Shown here: positions 11,294-21,218 of the stretch, piece after piece | Numbering within the stretch: the stretch's first letter is position 1 | Layout: each line of letters starts with the position of its first letter | Source of the DNA: Halomicronema hongdechloris C2206 | GTDB taxonomy: Bacteria > Cyanobacteriota > Cyanobacteriia > Phormidesmidales > Phormidesmidaceae | Direction of reading: 5' to 3' | NCBI RefSeq assembly: GCF_002075285.3 | Contig: NZ_CP021983.2 | Coordinates: forward strand, 5,545,846-5,577,845 | DNA: 32,000 bases | Translations under genes and position numbers: made by a program | Notes under the pieces: generated by a model | What the model was told of the DNA's origin: nothing | Database searches by the model: none | Seen by the model: only the letters and a program-made list of their open reading frames with translations

Positions 11294-12043
11294 TTACCCC
11301 AAGACAAATCCTGAGAGTAAATTGCGCTGCTGCCACAACATCAAAACACCGCTAACGGCGACAAAGGTGAACACGAGCTGCCGAAATCGTTCGCTACTCA
11401 TTCTCTCTAGCACTCGCTTACCCAGCCAGTTAGCTGGGATGGCCCCTAGCCCAATGACTAGGCCATAAATCAGGAACGGGCCGTTAAAGGCTCCGAGGGC
11501 CCCATAGGCAATGATCTTCACCCCATGGAGCATCGCTTTGTTGAGAGATTTGGTAGCGATCATTTTCTCTTTGTCGAGGCCGTAGTTGAGATAGACCGGA
11601 TTCATAATGGGGCCAGTGCTGCCAATTAGCCCGGAGGCAGCGGCATTGAAAAAGGCAATCGGCAAAAAGTACCAAGCCTGAACCGCGAAGGGAGTTTCTT
11701 GCTTGCTCACCCAGTAGTTAAGCACCATCAACAACAGAGCAATGGCAATGACAATTTGCAGCCACTCGACATGGATCTGAGTCAGGGCATAGGACCCGAG
11801 GATGGCCCCTGCGATCGCACCAGGAGTGTACCAAAGGGTGACCCGCCAATCGATGTCTCGCCAGAAAAATAAGCTCCGCTGGGTGTTGCCCACCAAAAGC
11901 CCTGTCGTAATCACCGGCGCCACTGCCTGGGAGCCAAACAACAGCGTGATTAACGGTATCAACACCAATGGACTACCGCCCCCGGCCAACATACTGAAGA
12001 ACCAGGCGACGAAACTGGCCAAAGCCAGAACAGCAATTGCCAT
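11294..12043 (-). CDS. TauE/SafE (TSUP) family anion exporter
   Basis: 249 aa, strongly hydrophobic with about 7-8 predicted TM spans, Gly-rich helices and an internal two-fold pattern typical of TSUP permeases. Convergent with the nuclease gene. Confidence 0.75.
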   Translation of the reverse strand: MAIAVLALASFVAWFFSMLAGGGSPLVLIPLITLLFGSQAVAPVITTGLLVGNTQRSLFFWRDIDWRVTLWYTPGAIAGAILGSYALTQIHVEWLQIVIAIALLLMVLNYWVSKQETPFAVQAWYFLPIAFFNAAASGLIGSTGPIMNPVYLNYGLDKEKMIATKSLNKAMLHGVKIIAYGALGAFNGPFLIYGLVIGLGAIPANWLGKRVLERMSSERFRQLVFTFVAVSGVLMLWQQRNLLSGFVLG

Positions 12044-12337
12044 AACAAGGGGATACCAATTAATATTGCTTAATTTATTTTAAGGCGTCTGATCTGGGCC
12101 TAGGGATAACCACGACACTGACCGCAGACATTTCTGGGTCAAGCAGCCCATTGGGTGAGCCCAATCATGCTGCTGCAACTCGTCTAGGCGCCAGCGACGG
12201 TTGCGACATGCTCTCCCTTGAGCCAACTGCTATTGGCAGTTCTGTTGGCAAGGTGGTTTAAGATGAAGAGACTTTGTGGATGATCACGACATTGCCCGGA
12301 TTCTAGGGAACGGCCGTCACTGTCCTCACCCGATGCC

Positions 12338-14791
12338 ATGTCCCAGTCACCTTCCTCTACCCCTACACCAGGTGCTGATCCAACAGCCATTCAGTTATTT
12401 AATCGGGGGATAGCGGCCCTGCAGCGGCAAGAGTATACGGTTGCGATCGCAACCTTCACCCAACTCCAGGCCCAGTTTCCTACCCTCACCAGCTATCAGC
12501 TCAAGGCTCAAATGGGCCTAGTCAAGGCCTATGCGGCCCAGGGACAGCATCAAGATGCCATTGCCCTGTGCCAGCGCTTACGGCAGAGCCGCCATCCTAA
12601 GGTGCAAGCCTGGGCCAAACGGGTATTGCCACAATTGCTAGCAGATGCTGGGACCCGGTCTGGGGCCAGGCAGAGCAATCCCAGCGGATTTACTCCCTTA
12701 TCCCCCCAGGCGTCTGCTCAGCAGTCAACCTCTACCACTCAAGCGACGGACCTCAGTGGATTTACCCCCCTATCTGCTAACGCTGACATCAAGCAGCCAG
12801 GCGAGGGCCATAGGGAGCCTGGCACCGCCGATGGCAGTGACACTCCTCCCAGGGAGAGCGCACCGGAGACCATGGCTACCTCCCAGGAAAATCCTGCCGA
12901 AATTCCGCCAGACTCTCTTTTCCACTATCAGCGCCTGAACCAATCCAGCCCCTCGACGCCAGCAACACCGCCTACTGCTGAGACCAGCGCAGCAGCACCG
13001 GCATCTCGCTTCCCGCAGCCTGTCCGTCGTCTCTCCCCGCAAGCCCAGGCTGGAGCCCTCAACGCTGTTATCTGGCAGCTAGGGCTGATTCAAGTCGCCA
13101 CTGCGGTGGTGTGCTTCTGGCTACTCCGATGGCTGGTGCAGGGCAGTCTGCACAGCATTAACTGGGGCATCGTCAAACTCTCGATTCGCTGGCCCATCTA
13201 TGTCGCCCCCATCCAAGCCTTTTACCAAGATCACAGCCTCTCGATAGCGGTGATTATCGGGGCACTGATCTTGACGTCCCCCTGGGCTATAGATGGCATG
13301 CTGCGCTGGCGCTGGGGTCTTCGTTCTCTGCCTCCCCGTGAACTGCGAACCTATAGCCCTAAAGCCTTGCAACTGATCCAACGGGTCTGCCAACAGCGGG
13401 GATGGTTGCGGCCAGAACTGCGCCTCTTGCCCACGGATATGCCCATCAGCTTTAGCTACGGCTGGTGGCCTCGCTACACCCGTATCGTGGTCAGCCAAGG
13501 ATTACTGACCCAACTCTCAGAGGAGGACTTGACCGCCCTGTATGCCTACGAAGTCAGCCATGTATGTCACTGGGACTTACCGATTATCTCTGGCCTCTCC
13601 CTACTGTTGCTGTTATTGCATCAGGGATACTGGTCCCTAGCCCTGTGGGGCAATCGTCGGGGGTCATCTAGTCTTCGCTATCTAGCAGCCTGCGGTGCTG
13701 CGGCAGCCTATGGCCTCTACTGGCTGCTGCGTAAGGTAGGGTTACCTCTGTCGCAGCTGCGGAGTCGACGATGCGATCGCACCGCCCTCACCCTGACCCA
13801 AGATCCAGACAGCCACCAGCGCCTATTGCTATATCTGGCTGAAACCAGTACCACCGCCATCGAGCAGCAAGGATATCTGCCTCCCCTGATGGAAAGCCTT
13901 GACCTTCTCATGCCCATCAGCCCAGCCATGATCTTGCACCTCGGCAGCAGTGCCAGACTCCATCCCTGGGCTGACTTATTAACGTGGGACTGTCAAAGTC
14001 CCTATCGCCATTGGCTATCCCTCAACCAACCCCAACCTCTTTTGGGGGAACGTATCCAGACAATGCAGCAATGGGCTCAGTACCATGGCATTGCCTACGA
14101 CGCCACACTTCCCTCACCAAAATCTGCCCAAGCTGGCCAATCTCCGACAGCATGGTCCCAGCTCCTCTGGCAAGGCAGCCCCATTGTGGGCATGATCACA
14201 GGCCTTGGGATTGCCATGGGGCTTTGGTTCATCGGCGGCTTAGTCACTCCCCTGGGCTGGCCGTGGCTGAGCTGGCTTTACCAGGATAGTAGCCTCATCA
14301 AAGCCGGTCTGTTGTTGGGCCTGGGCATTGGCATCTTGTTGCGGATTAACCGCACATTCCCCGACATCATCCCCAGTCAAGCCCTGCACAGTCCGGCTCT
14401 CCCCAGCCTATTACAATCACCTAGCTGCCTTCCCCTCGATAGCCAACCCATCTATTGGCAGGGAACCGTGCTAGGAGCCCCAGGTATTGCCAGCTGGCTA
14501 GGGCAAAATTTACTGTTTAAGACCCAGACAGGGTTAATGCATCTCCATGTTTTGTCTACCCTAGGCCCTATTGGTAATCTCCTCATACCGCAGACGCGAC
14601 CTGGAGATTTCGTCGGCCACACCCTGACCATCAGCGGTTGGTTTCGCCGTGGCGCCACCGCTCGGATCGATTTAGATACTGTGCAAGCCAACAGAAAACG
14701 CCAACACATCAGCAATCCCCCCCTCTGGTCTACGTTACTCAGCCTAGTTTTTTGTAGCTGGGGGCTCTTGATACTGTACACAGGTCAATAA
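12338..14791 (+). CDS. Membrane protein with N-terminal TPR-like region, S/T/P-rich linker and M48 (HtpX/Ste24)-like peptidase core
   Basis: 817 aa. The N-terminus has TPR-like helices, followed by low-complexity S/T/P sequence of about 150 aa and multiple TM spans. The block LSEEDLTALYAYEVSHVCHWD aligns with the M48 consensus around HEXXH, but Tyr replaces the first His. Confidence 0.6.
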   Translation: MSQSPSSTPTPGADPTAIQLFNRGIAALQRQEYTVAIATFTQLQAQFPTLTSYQLKAQMGLVKAYAAQGQHQDAIALCQRLRQSRHPKVQAWAKRVLPQLLADAGTRSGARQSNPSGFTPLSPQASAQQSTSTTQATDLSGFTPLSANADIKQPGEGHREPGTADGSDTPPRESAPETMATSQENPAEIPPDSLFHYQRLNQSSPSTPATPPTAETSAAAPASRFPQPVRRLSPQAQAGALNAVIWQLGLIQVATAVVCFWLLRWLVQGSLHSINWGIVKLSIRWPIYVAPIQAFYQDHSLSIAVIIGALILTSPWAIDGMLRWRWGLRSLPPRELRTYSPKALQLIQRVCQQRGWLRPELRLLPTDMPISFSYGWWPRYTRIVVSQGLLTQLSEEDLTALYAYEVSHVCHWDLPIISGLSLLLLLLHQGYWSLALWGNRRGSSSLRYLAACGAAAAYGLYWLLRKVGLPLSQLRSRRCDRTALTLTQDPDSHQRLLLYLAETSTTAIEQQGYLPPLMESLDLLMPISPAMILHLGSSARLHPWADLLTWDCQSPYRHWLSLNQPQPLLGERIQTMQQWAQYHGIAYDATLPSPKSAQAGQSPTAWSQLLWQGSPIVGMITGLGIAMGLWFIGGLVTPLGWPWLSWLYQDSSLIKAGLLLGLGIGILLRINRTFPDIIPSQALHSPALPSLLQSPSCLPLDSQPIYWQGTVLGAPGIASWLGQNLLFKTQTGLMHLHVLSTLGPIGNLLIPQTRPGDFVGHTLTISGWFRRGATARIDLDTVQANRKRQHISNPPLWSTLLSLVFCSWGLLILYTGQ

Positions 14792-14871
14792 CATCAACAT
14801 CAGAGAGAGTCCCGCTCCCTCTGATGTAAAGAAACATTGCACAATTCGATCGCAAATGTTACATTAATTCA

Positions 14872-15008
14872 CAGAGTGCCAGTACACCTAACCGAATCTT
14901 GGTTAACTCCAAGAGCTGGTCGTGGTGCCTAACGTAGGCATTAGGTATCCGGTTCTCCTACTCTCAACACAGCAAAAATAGCCAGTCGAATGTAACGGCT
15001 GGCTTTTC
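14872..15008 (+). ncRNA. Candidate small RNA (alternatively a structured 3' UTR of the upstream gene)
   Basis: Promoter-like TTGCAC (14837-14842), a 17-nt spacer, then TACATT (14860-14865). Hairpins follow at 14898-14913 (CTTGG/CCAAG) and 14926-14940 (TGCCTA/TAGGCA), then an intrinsic terminator at 14980-15008. There is no ORF of 60 aa or more. Confidence 0.25.
14980..15008 (+). terminator. Rho-independent terminator-like hairpin
   Basis: AGCCAG and CTGGCT form a stem around a 13-nt loop, followed by TTTTCT. It is preceded by AAAAAT, so it could act bidirectionally. Confidence 0.45.
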
Positions 15009-15476
15009 TAATCACCGATTCCCTAGAAATTCTTGTGGTAGTTAGCTTCACTTTCCGATGGCATGTTACCTTAATGAGTGGCCTAGGACACGAGTTACTC
15101 GCCTAAAAGCTGTGGTAAATGCCACGTTTGCAATAGATACCCTAGAAGAACCAGGGCAGATTTTGGCCTGTTGCCAGGGAAGCAATTCGCAGAGATGGTT
15201 GATTCCCACGGCTGCAGATTATAGCTGCAGATAATCATCATGGAAGGTAGACATGCTTTCAGTTCTACCCGTTCTACATAGACTTCGTTTGCTGTTTTCT
15301 CACAGGGCGAGTTTACCGCTGGAACCTGCCGCCTCTAACATAACTCAAGCTTACTAATTCATACTTAATTTTGATCATTAGACTGCATATTAGCTCGCGT
15401 TAGTCAACATATCAGCCCATAAGAATATCCGTAAAAAAGCATCTAAGTGTAGCGGAGAGAGTTAGAGGTATCTTCC

Positions 15477-15926
15477 ATGTCAGTCCGTTTATATGTCGGC
15501 AACCTGCCAAAAGAGCTGGAACGTCAAGATTTAGAGGCCGTTTTTGCTGAATGCAGTGAAGATGTTGTCTCTATTAAATTAATCTCAGACCGTAAGACAG
15601 GTAAGTGTCGAGGCTTTGGCTTCGTCACCGTCAAAGATGAGTCGAAAGCAGATGAGATTGCAGAGAAGTACAATGGCTACTTACTGCAAGATACTCCTCT
15701 GAAAGTAGAGAAAGCTCTACCCCGTAGTAAGAGCAAATCAGACGATGGGAGTGCCGACACCAATAATGGTTCCGGTTCTCGCCGTAATAAGAGTAATAAG
15801 GGCAGTAAAAGCGGCCGCCGCGATAGTGGCTCCTCAGGCAGTAGTGCAGCTCAACCTGATCCTCGCTGGGCCGATGAATTGGCTAAGTTAAAGGAACTCT
15901 TAGCCACTCAGACGACCTCCTCTTAG
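15477..15926 (+). CDS. rbp: RRM-type RNA-binding protein, type II (Rbp3-like)
   Basis: 149 aa with RNP2 (LYVGNL) and RNP1 (RGFGFVTV), a Ser/Lys/Gly-rich tail and the PDPRWA motif characteristic of type II cyanobacterial Rbps. Confidence 0.9.
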   Translation: MSVRLYVGNLPKELERQDLEAVFAECSEDVVSIKLISDRKTGKCRGFGFVTVKDESKADEIAEKYNGYLLQDTPLKVEKALPRSKSKSDDGSADTNNGSGSRRNKSNKGSKSGRRDSGSSGSSAAQPDPRWADELAKLKELLATQTTSS

Positions 15927-16068
15927 GCCATTGAATTCGAGCAGGCTAGAGTGGGGTAGCTTAAATCAGTGGCTGCCAATAGTTAATCAGGCATTCAGTT
16001 AACAGTCAGTCAGCGTTAGTTAGTGCTTGATGCCAGGAGTTGAAACCGCTGTTACCAGAACCTCTGTA

Positions 16069-16184
16069 AGAGGATATTTGGAAAGTGCCCTGCAACCTTG
16101 CTCCAGACTGGATTCTGGCCAACAGAGCCATACGCTCTAAAACGCTTACCCTGCAGGGCTTTCAGCCAAGTTTTCAAATGTCCT
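16069..16184 (+). mobile_element. MITE-like 116-nt element, copy 2
   Basis: See copy 1. It lies in the 0.7-kb non-coding gap between convergent rbp and ccaA. Confidence 0.6.
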
Positions 16185-16622
16185 TTAAGGGGTGGTTAAC
16201 TTCCGCCGTGGGGTGCCGGCCGCCAATGGCTTGACCGACTCCAAATCATCTCCCCGCATGAGCTACCCCTTTTCCTAGGACATTGAGGGAATTTGGCTGA
16301 ATGCTAATCCGTTCTACGGCGTCGGCCAGTCAGCTGAGGGCATGGTGAATCCATCGATTAATCGTTAGGTCTAAGGAGTTGACTGGCTCACCATCGCGTA
16401 AAGACTTGCTAGCAGCTGGCTAGACGAAGAGAATCGGCGGACCAGGTCCAGATCGGGTTTAACTCACCTGCATAGGGTAAATAACGCCAGACATATGCCT
16501 TACTCCCGGTAGTCGTTCCCAGCCTCTTCTAGTCTCCGCTATGCTGGGGGCCTAAACTATACTGACTACCGGGATTCCTTCTACTGCCGCCTTCTTCACG
16601 TCACCACTGCAGTCACCACAAA

Positions 16623-17414
16623 TTACTGGTGGGTCATAGCCGCAGATCCCTGATAAATTCGCTTAGCCTGATTTCGTGACAGCCGGGTAAATCCAGGCAA
16701 ATGGCTAGAGGGAATGTGGTCATCTTCTTCTGCCGCAGATGTTGTCTGGTCAAGCATCTCTAGGGCCTCTTTATACTCAGGCTCAGGATAAATTTTACTG
16801 TGGGGTGGCACAAAGGCATGATATTCAGAATCGTAAGCCAACACCGCCCCCGACTGAATGTTATATACCCAAGCATGGATGGAGAGATCGCCCCGATGGA
16901 GGCGGGAATGAATCACTGGATAGGTGCGGAGGTTCTCAATCTGAGTTAACACATTTTCCTGCACCAGTACGTCTAAGCGTCCTGTCTTATCCAGCTGAGC
17001 GTAGTGCTCATCTACCAACCGTCGAGTTGCTTCTGTATGGCGCAGCCAGCTATACACCAATGGCATTTTTTCCTCTAGTTCTCCCAGTTGCAATAAACCT
17101 TTCATGGCTCCGCAACTGGTGTGCCCGCAGACAATAACTTGCTTGATATTGAGGGCTGCAATGGCATACTCGATAGTCGCCCCTTCCCCGCCATTGGTGG
17201 CTTCATAGGGAGGAATGATATTCCCCGCGTTGCGAATTACAAACAAATCCCCAATATCAGCCTGAGTGATGATACTGGGATCTACCCGGGAATCAGAGCA
17301 ACTAATAAACAGAACCCGCGGATGCTGACCCTTCGCCAGTTCAGCCAGTAAAGCCTTGTGGCTAGGGACATAGGTGCTCTGAAACTTTCGTAATCCACTC
17401 AGGAGCTTTTCCAT
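16623..17414 (-). CDS. ccaA: Beta-class carbonic anhydrase, carboxysomal CcaA/IcfA type
   Basis: 263 aa with CSDSRV and GHTSCGA zinc ligand blocks. The similarity to S. elongatus IcfA as I remember it is long and near-collinear (GQHPRVLFISCSDSRVDP, FVIRNAGNIIPP, GGEGATIEYAIAALNI, ENVLTQIENLRTYP). Confidence 0.85.
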   Translation of the reverse strand: MEKLLSGLRKFQSTYVPSHKALLAELAKGQHPRVLFISCSDSRVDPSIITQADIGDLFVIRNAGNIIPPYEATNGGEGATIEYAIAALNIKQVIVCGHTSCGAMKGLLQLGELEEKMPLVYSWLRHTEATRRLVDEHYAQLDKTGRLDVLVQENVLTQIENLRTYPVIHSRLHRGDLSIHAWVYNIQSGAVLAYDSEYHAFVPPHSKIYPEPEYKEALEMLDQTTSAAEEDDHIPSSHLPGFTRLSRNQAKRIYQGSAAMTHQ

Positions 17415-17674
17415 AGCCTCTTCTCTTTATTTAACTTGCCTACTTACCGTATCGACAAACCCTGCCCCTGTGCCAAGGTTCTGGTAAATTATCATGGCCC
17501 TTAGTAGTAGGTTGACAACAACCTCCCAACATAGAAATCGGGAGCTTTCCTCAAAGCCCCCGACTACAGCAGGTTCAGCCCAAACCTTAGGGCTTTCCCT
17601 GTTAACTTCAGATCCAGACTTAGACGAGACTGATACCCATCCCAGTCCTATCGAGGCCTGACGCTAAGGCTAAA

Positions 17675-18754
17675 CTACACAGTAGCAGTAGACTTAGTCT
17701 TGGCCTCCAGCTCACCCTTGGCATACTTAGTGGCGTAATGGTCCACAGTCTCTTGCTTAATCTTGCTGGCATTACCAGCAGTCCAAAATGCTTCGTAGCG
17801 CTCGGCACAGACCTGCTTCATGTACTTCATTGCAGGCTTCATGAAGTGGCGAGGATCGAAATTGGCAGGATCCTTAGCTGCCGCCTCACGAATTGCAGCG
17901 GTGATAGCTAGGCGGTTATCGGTGTCAATATTGACCTTGCGCACACCACTCTTAATGCCCTTTTGGATTTCCTCAATGGGCACTCCATAAGTCTCAGGAA
18001 TCTGACCACCGTACTGGTTAATCATGTCCAACCATTCCTGAGGCACCGAGGAAGAACCGTGCATGACCAAGTGAGTGTTCGGCAATCGACCGTGAATTTC
18101 CTCAATACGGCTAATGGCTAGGATCTCACCTGTGGGCTTACGAGTGAATTTATAAGCTCCGTGGCTAGTCCCAATGGCCACAGCTAGAGCATCTACCTGA
18201 GTAGCTTCCACAAACTGCACGGCTTCATCGGGATCCGTTAGCAGCTGCTCTTTACTCAGGGTGCCTTCAAACCCGTGACCGTCTTCCTTGTCCCCCTTAC
18301 CAGTCTCCAAGGACCCCAGGCAACCTAGTTCGCCCTCAACACTAACGCCGATAGAGTGGGCTACCTTCACCACTTCAGCGGTGACATTGACGTTGTACTC
18401 GAAGCTAGCCGGCGACTTAGCATCCTCTTGTAGGGAGCCGTCCATCATGACACTGGTAAAGCCATTCCGCATGGCGGAGTAGCAAGTGGCCGGAGAATTA
18501 CCGTGGTCTTGGTGCAACACCACCGGAATGTGGGGGAAGGTTTCGGTTGCAGCCACCACCAGATGGCGCAAGAAGTTCTCACCAGCATATTTCCGAGCAC
18601 CGCGAGACGCCTGTAGAATCACCGGGCTGTCGGTCTCATCCGCAGCCGTCATGATAGCCAGGATCTGCTCGAGGTTGTTCACGTTATAAGCTGGAATGCC
18701 GTAACCATGCTCAGCAGCATGATCCAGCAACAGTCTCATTGGGACAAGCGCCAT
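17675..18754 (-). CDS. fba: Class II fructose-1,6-bisphosphate aldolase
   Basis: 359 aa, near-identical over long stretches to Synechocystis CbbA/Fba as I remember it ([59 protein letters not shown]). Confidence 0.95.
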   Translation of the reverse strand: MALVPMRLLLDHAAEHGYGIPAYNVNNLEQILAIMTAADETDSPVILQASRGARKYAGENFLRHLVVAATETFPHIPVVLHQDHGNSPATCYSAMRNGFTSVMMDGSLQEDAKSPASFEYNVNVTAEVVKVAHSIGVSVEGELGCLGSLETGKGDKEDGHGFEGTLSKEQLLTDPDEAVQFVEATQVDALAVAIGTSHGAYKFTRKPTGEILAISRIEEIHGRLPNTHLVMHGSSSVPQEWLDMINQYGGQIPETYGVPIEEIQKGIKSGVRKVNIDTDNRLAITAAIREAAAKDPANFDPRHFMKPAMKYMKQVCAERYEAFWTAGNASKIKQETVDHYATKYAKGELEAKTKSTATV

Positions 18755-19070
18755 AAGTATCCTCCTAGTGTTTTCTCGCCGCTTGGCTTGTTACACAGCA
18801 ATAGGTAACTCTACCTATCAATATTAAGGTAACTTTGATTTATAACGAAATTTTTCGATAAGCTGAAACTACTCTAAAGGATATCAGCCTGCCGACAAAA
18901 TTGCTTTAGCCGTTTGGGAGCCCATGACAATTCCCTAATCTGCAGCGATAGAGTCTGCTCTCTATCCTGCTTGCGATCGCACCTAAGCCTGTGACCACAA
19001 GTAGCTCCAGCAGCATCGACCTACAGTGGCAAAGGCAGCAATATTCTCTGTGCAATATTCTCTGTAAATA

Positions 19071-19142
19071 TGGGTCGCCTGGGATTCGAACCCAGGACCA
19101 ATCGGTTAAAAGCCGAGTGCTCTACCGCTGAGCTAGCGACCC
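19071..19142 (-). tRNA. tRNA-Lys (anticodon UUU)
   Basis: The reverse complement GGGTCGCTAGCTCAGCGGTAGAGCACTCGGCTTTTAACCGATTGGTCCTGGGTTCGAATCCCAGGCGACCCA folds as a 72-nt cloverleaf. It has a 7-bp acceptor stem, a D arm (GCTC/GAGC), an anticodon loop CTTTTAA, a T arm (CTGGG-TTCGAAT-CCCAG) and discriminator A. CCA is not encoded. Confidence 0.93.
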
Positions 19143-19464
19143 GAAACGGGCAGTTCGCATTCCTGAACACGATTACTCAATCTAGCACACAAGCACAAAA
19201 CATTGCGAGTCGATTCGTGCTTCTCCATGCTTCTCTAAGGCCAGACTAGATAATAGCGCCGTAGGCAGGAGCCAGACCTGATGAACTGGCGCAGCAGATC
19301 TCCGCGGTCTTTTCGGTGAGCTTGGTTTGCATCGATCCCGATTGAGACAAATTTACCGGCTGATCCGGAGATCCTGTCTTTGGTTGGGCATTCTATAGAG
19401 TAAGCACATCTTCGGGTCGTATTTCCTGTTCCGTATACAGATAGCCTATCCATACCGTCTGCCA

Positions 19465-19944
19465 ATGAACTCATCCGATCGGTCCCAAATCGCTCTGGAG
19501 CGATTATTAGCGAGGGTTCCCCCCCGTGTTGCTGCCAGCTTTGCCCCAGAACAACTCGAGGCGATTCAAAAAGCGTTAGAGCCCCGTCCCTGGCAGCGCC
19601 ATCCTGTTGACATTCGCCTGTCTATCCCTTTGCTCTGGCGACGATTTTATTTGGTGCTGATCGCCGGAGAAGAGCAGCGATCGCAAGAGCGACGGTCTAA
19701 AGACCGCACATTAAATCCCCTATGGACCCCAGCCAACCTAATCATTGTCAGCATCATTACTGGCACTGGCGTTTTAGCCATGATAGCCCTGGTCACCCTC
19801 GGCGGCATGGAACTACCTCGATGGCAACGCACCGTTTTCCCTACAGACGTTCCGTTTAAGGAAGATCGGCAGAGTTGTGAAGAGAGTGGTCGAGTGTGGC
19901 GGGATGGAGAATGTATTGATTTTGAGCACGATCCAACCTTTTAA
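19465..19944 (+). CDS. Hypothetical membrane protein
   Basis: 159 aa with one clear TM span (LIIVSIITGTGVLAMIALVTLGG) and a Cys-containing C-terminus (CEESGRVWRDGECIDF). A strong terminator follows. I do not recognise a family. Confidence 0.55.
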   Translation: MNSSDRSQIALERLLARVPPRVAASFAPEQLEAIQKALEPRPWQRHPVDIRLSIPLLWRRFYLVLIAGEEQRSQERRSKDRTLNPLWTPANLIIVSIITGTGVLAMIALVTLGGMELPRWQRTVFPTDVPFKEDRQSCEESGRVWRDGECIDFEHDPTF

Positions 19945-19966
19945 TCCAGTTAATCCAGTGCCGTTG

Positions 19967-19998
19967 ACGCTAGCTCTTGAGGGCTAGCGTTTTTCGTT
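19967..19998 (+). terminator. Rho-independent terminator
   Basis: ACGCTAGC and GCTAGCGT form a perfect 8-bp stem with an 8-nt loop, followed by TTTTTCGTTTC. It begins 23 nt after the stop of the 19465-19944 ORF. Confidence 0.6.
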
Positions 19999-20133
19999 TC
20001 GTAAACTAGCCTCTATGGTCCGACCTGACGGGGTGATTCACTAATTTTTTACAGAACATTACGGTAGCTTGAATTGATTGACGAACCAGGCCGTAGACTT
20101 TAAGGAACATCTCCATAATCAGCCTACAACGTC

Positions 20134-21120
20134 ATGTTCCCAGTTCATCGTCCGCGACGCCTTCGCAGCCATCCTCAGCTCCGCCGTATGGTGCGGGAGC
20201 ATGTCGTCACTACCGGCGACTTAATCTATCCCCTGTTTGCGGTGCCTGGCTCAGGGGTAGCGCAGGAAGTTAAGTCCATGCCAGGGGTGTTTCAGTTATC
20301 GGTAGATAAGCTCGTCGAAGAAGCCAAAGAAGTCTATGAGCTGGGCATTCCAGCAATTATTCTATTTGGCATCCCCGATACCAAAGATGAAGAGGCCACT
20401 GGGGCCTGGCATGACTGTGGCATTGTACAAAAGGCCACTACGGCCGTTAAAGCAGCCGTTCCCGATCTGATCGTGGCGGTGGATACCTGCCTGTGTGAAT
20501 ATACGTCCCATGGCCATTGTGGCTATTTGGAAGTCGGGGATCTGGCTGGGCGCGTGTTGAACGATCCCACCCTAGAGTTGCTGAAGAAAACAGCCGTCTC
20601 TCAAGCGAAAGCGGGGGCGGATATCATTGCGCCCTCAGGCATGATGGATGGCTTTGTGCAGGCAATTCGTTCCGGATTAGACGACGCTGGCTTTAAGCAA
20701 CTGCCAATTCTCTCCTACGCCGCCAAGTATGCCTCTGCCTATTACGGACCATTCCGGGATGCCGCCGAGTCTGCCCCCCAGTTTGGCGATCGCCGCACCT
20801 ATCAGATGGATCCGGCCAATGGCACCGAGGCCCTGAAGGAGATTGAGCTAGATATCGCGGAAGGGGCCGACATGCTGATGGTGAAACCGGCCCTGGCCTA
20901 CATGGATATTATCTGGCGCGTTAAAGAGGCGACTAATCTACCGGTGGCAGCCTATAACGTCTCCGGAGAATACTCCATGATCAAGGCTGCTGCCTTAAAC
21001 GGCTGGGTCGATGAGCAAAAAGTAGTGATGGAAACCATGCACGGCTTCAAGCGAGCGGGGGCTGATCTGATTCTGACCTACCACGCCAAGGACATTGCCC
21101 GCTGGTCAGAGGCTGATTAA
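20134..21120 (+). CDS. hemB: Porphobilinogen synthase (ALA dehydratase)
   Basis: 328 aa containing [20 protein letters not shown], the Schiff-base lysine context MVKPAL and YNVSGEY. Confidence 0.95.
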   Translation: MFPVHRPRRLRSHPQLRRMVREHVVTTGDLIYPLFAVPGSGVAQEVKSMPGVFQLSVDKLVEEAKEVYELGIPAIILFGIPDTKDEEATGAWHDCGIVQKATTAVKAAVPDLIVAVDTCLCEYTSHGHCGYLEVGDLAGRVLNDPTLELLKKTAVSQAKAGADIIAPSGMMDGFVQAIRSGLDDAGFKQLPILSYAAKYASAYYGPFRDAAESAPQFGDRRTYQMDPANGTEALKEIELDIAEGADMLMVKPALAYMDIIWRVKEATNLPVAAYNVSGEYSMIKAAALNGWVDEQKVVMETMHGFKRAGADLILTYHAKDIARWSEAD

Positions 21121-21142
21121 CCTACAATCCGGGTTTATGGCG

Positions 21143-21174
21143 AAGAGGAGACGTTGAATGACGTCCCCTCTTTT
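21143..21174 (+). terminator. Rho-independent terminator after hemB, between convergent genes
   Basis: AGAGGAGACGT and ACGTCCCCTCT form a stem with one mismatch around loop TGAATG, followed by TTTTGG. Confidence 0.5.
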
Positions 21175-21218
21175 GGCATTTGGCCTGGCGCGCATCTAGC
21201 GAGTAGGCCGATGTTGGC

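Noticed and set aside
12184-12390. 68-aa minus-strand ORF in the TauE / M48-like divergent region.
   Set aside because: It overlaps the start of the 817-aa gene, has no RBS-like sequence that I can see and has no recognisable features.
19038-19066. Tandem 14-nt duplication CAATATTCTCTGT(G/A) next to the tRNA-Lys 3' end, considered as a possible att site or integration scar.
   Set aside because: There is no integrase, no partial tRNA duplicate and no other island signature nearby. It is too short to interpret.
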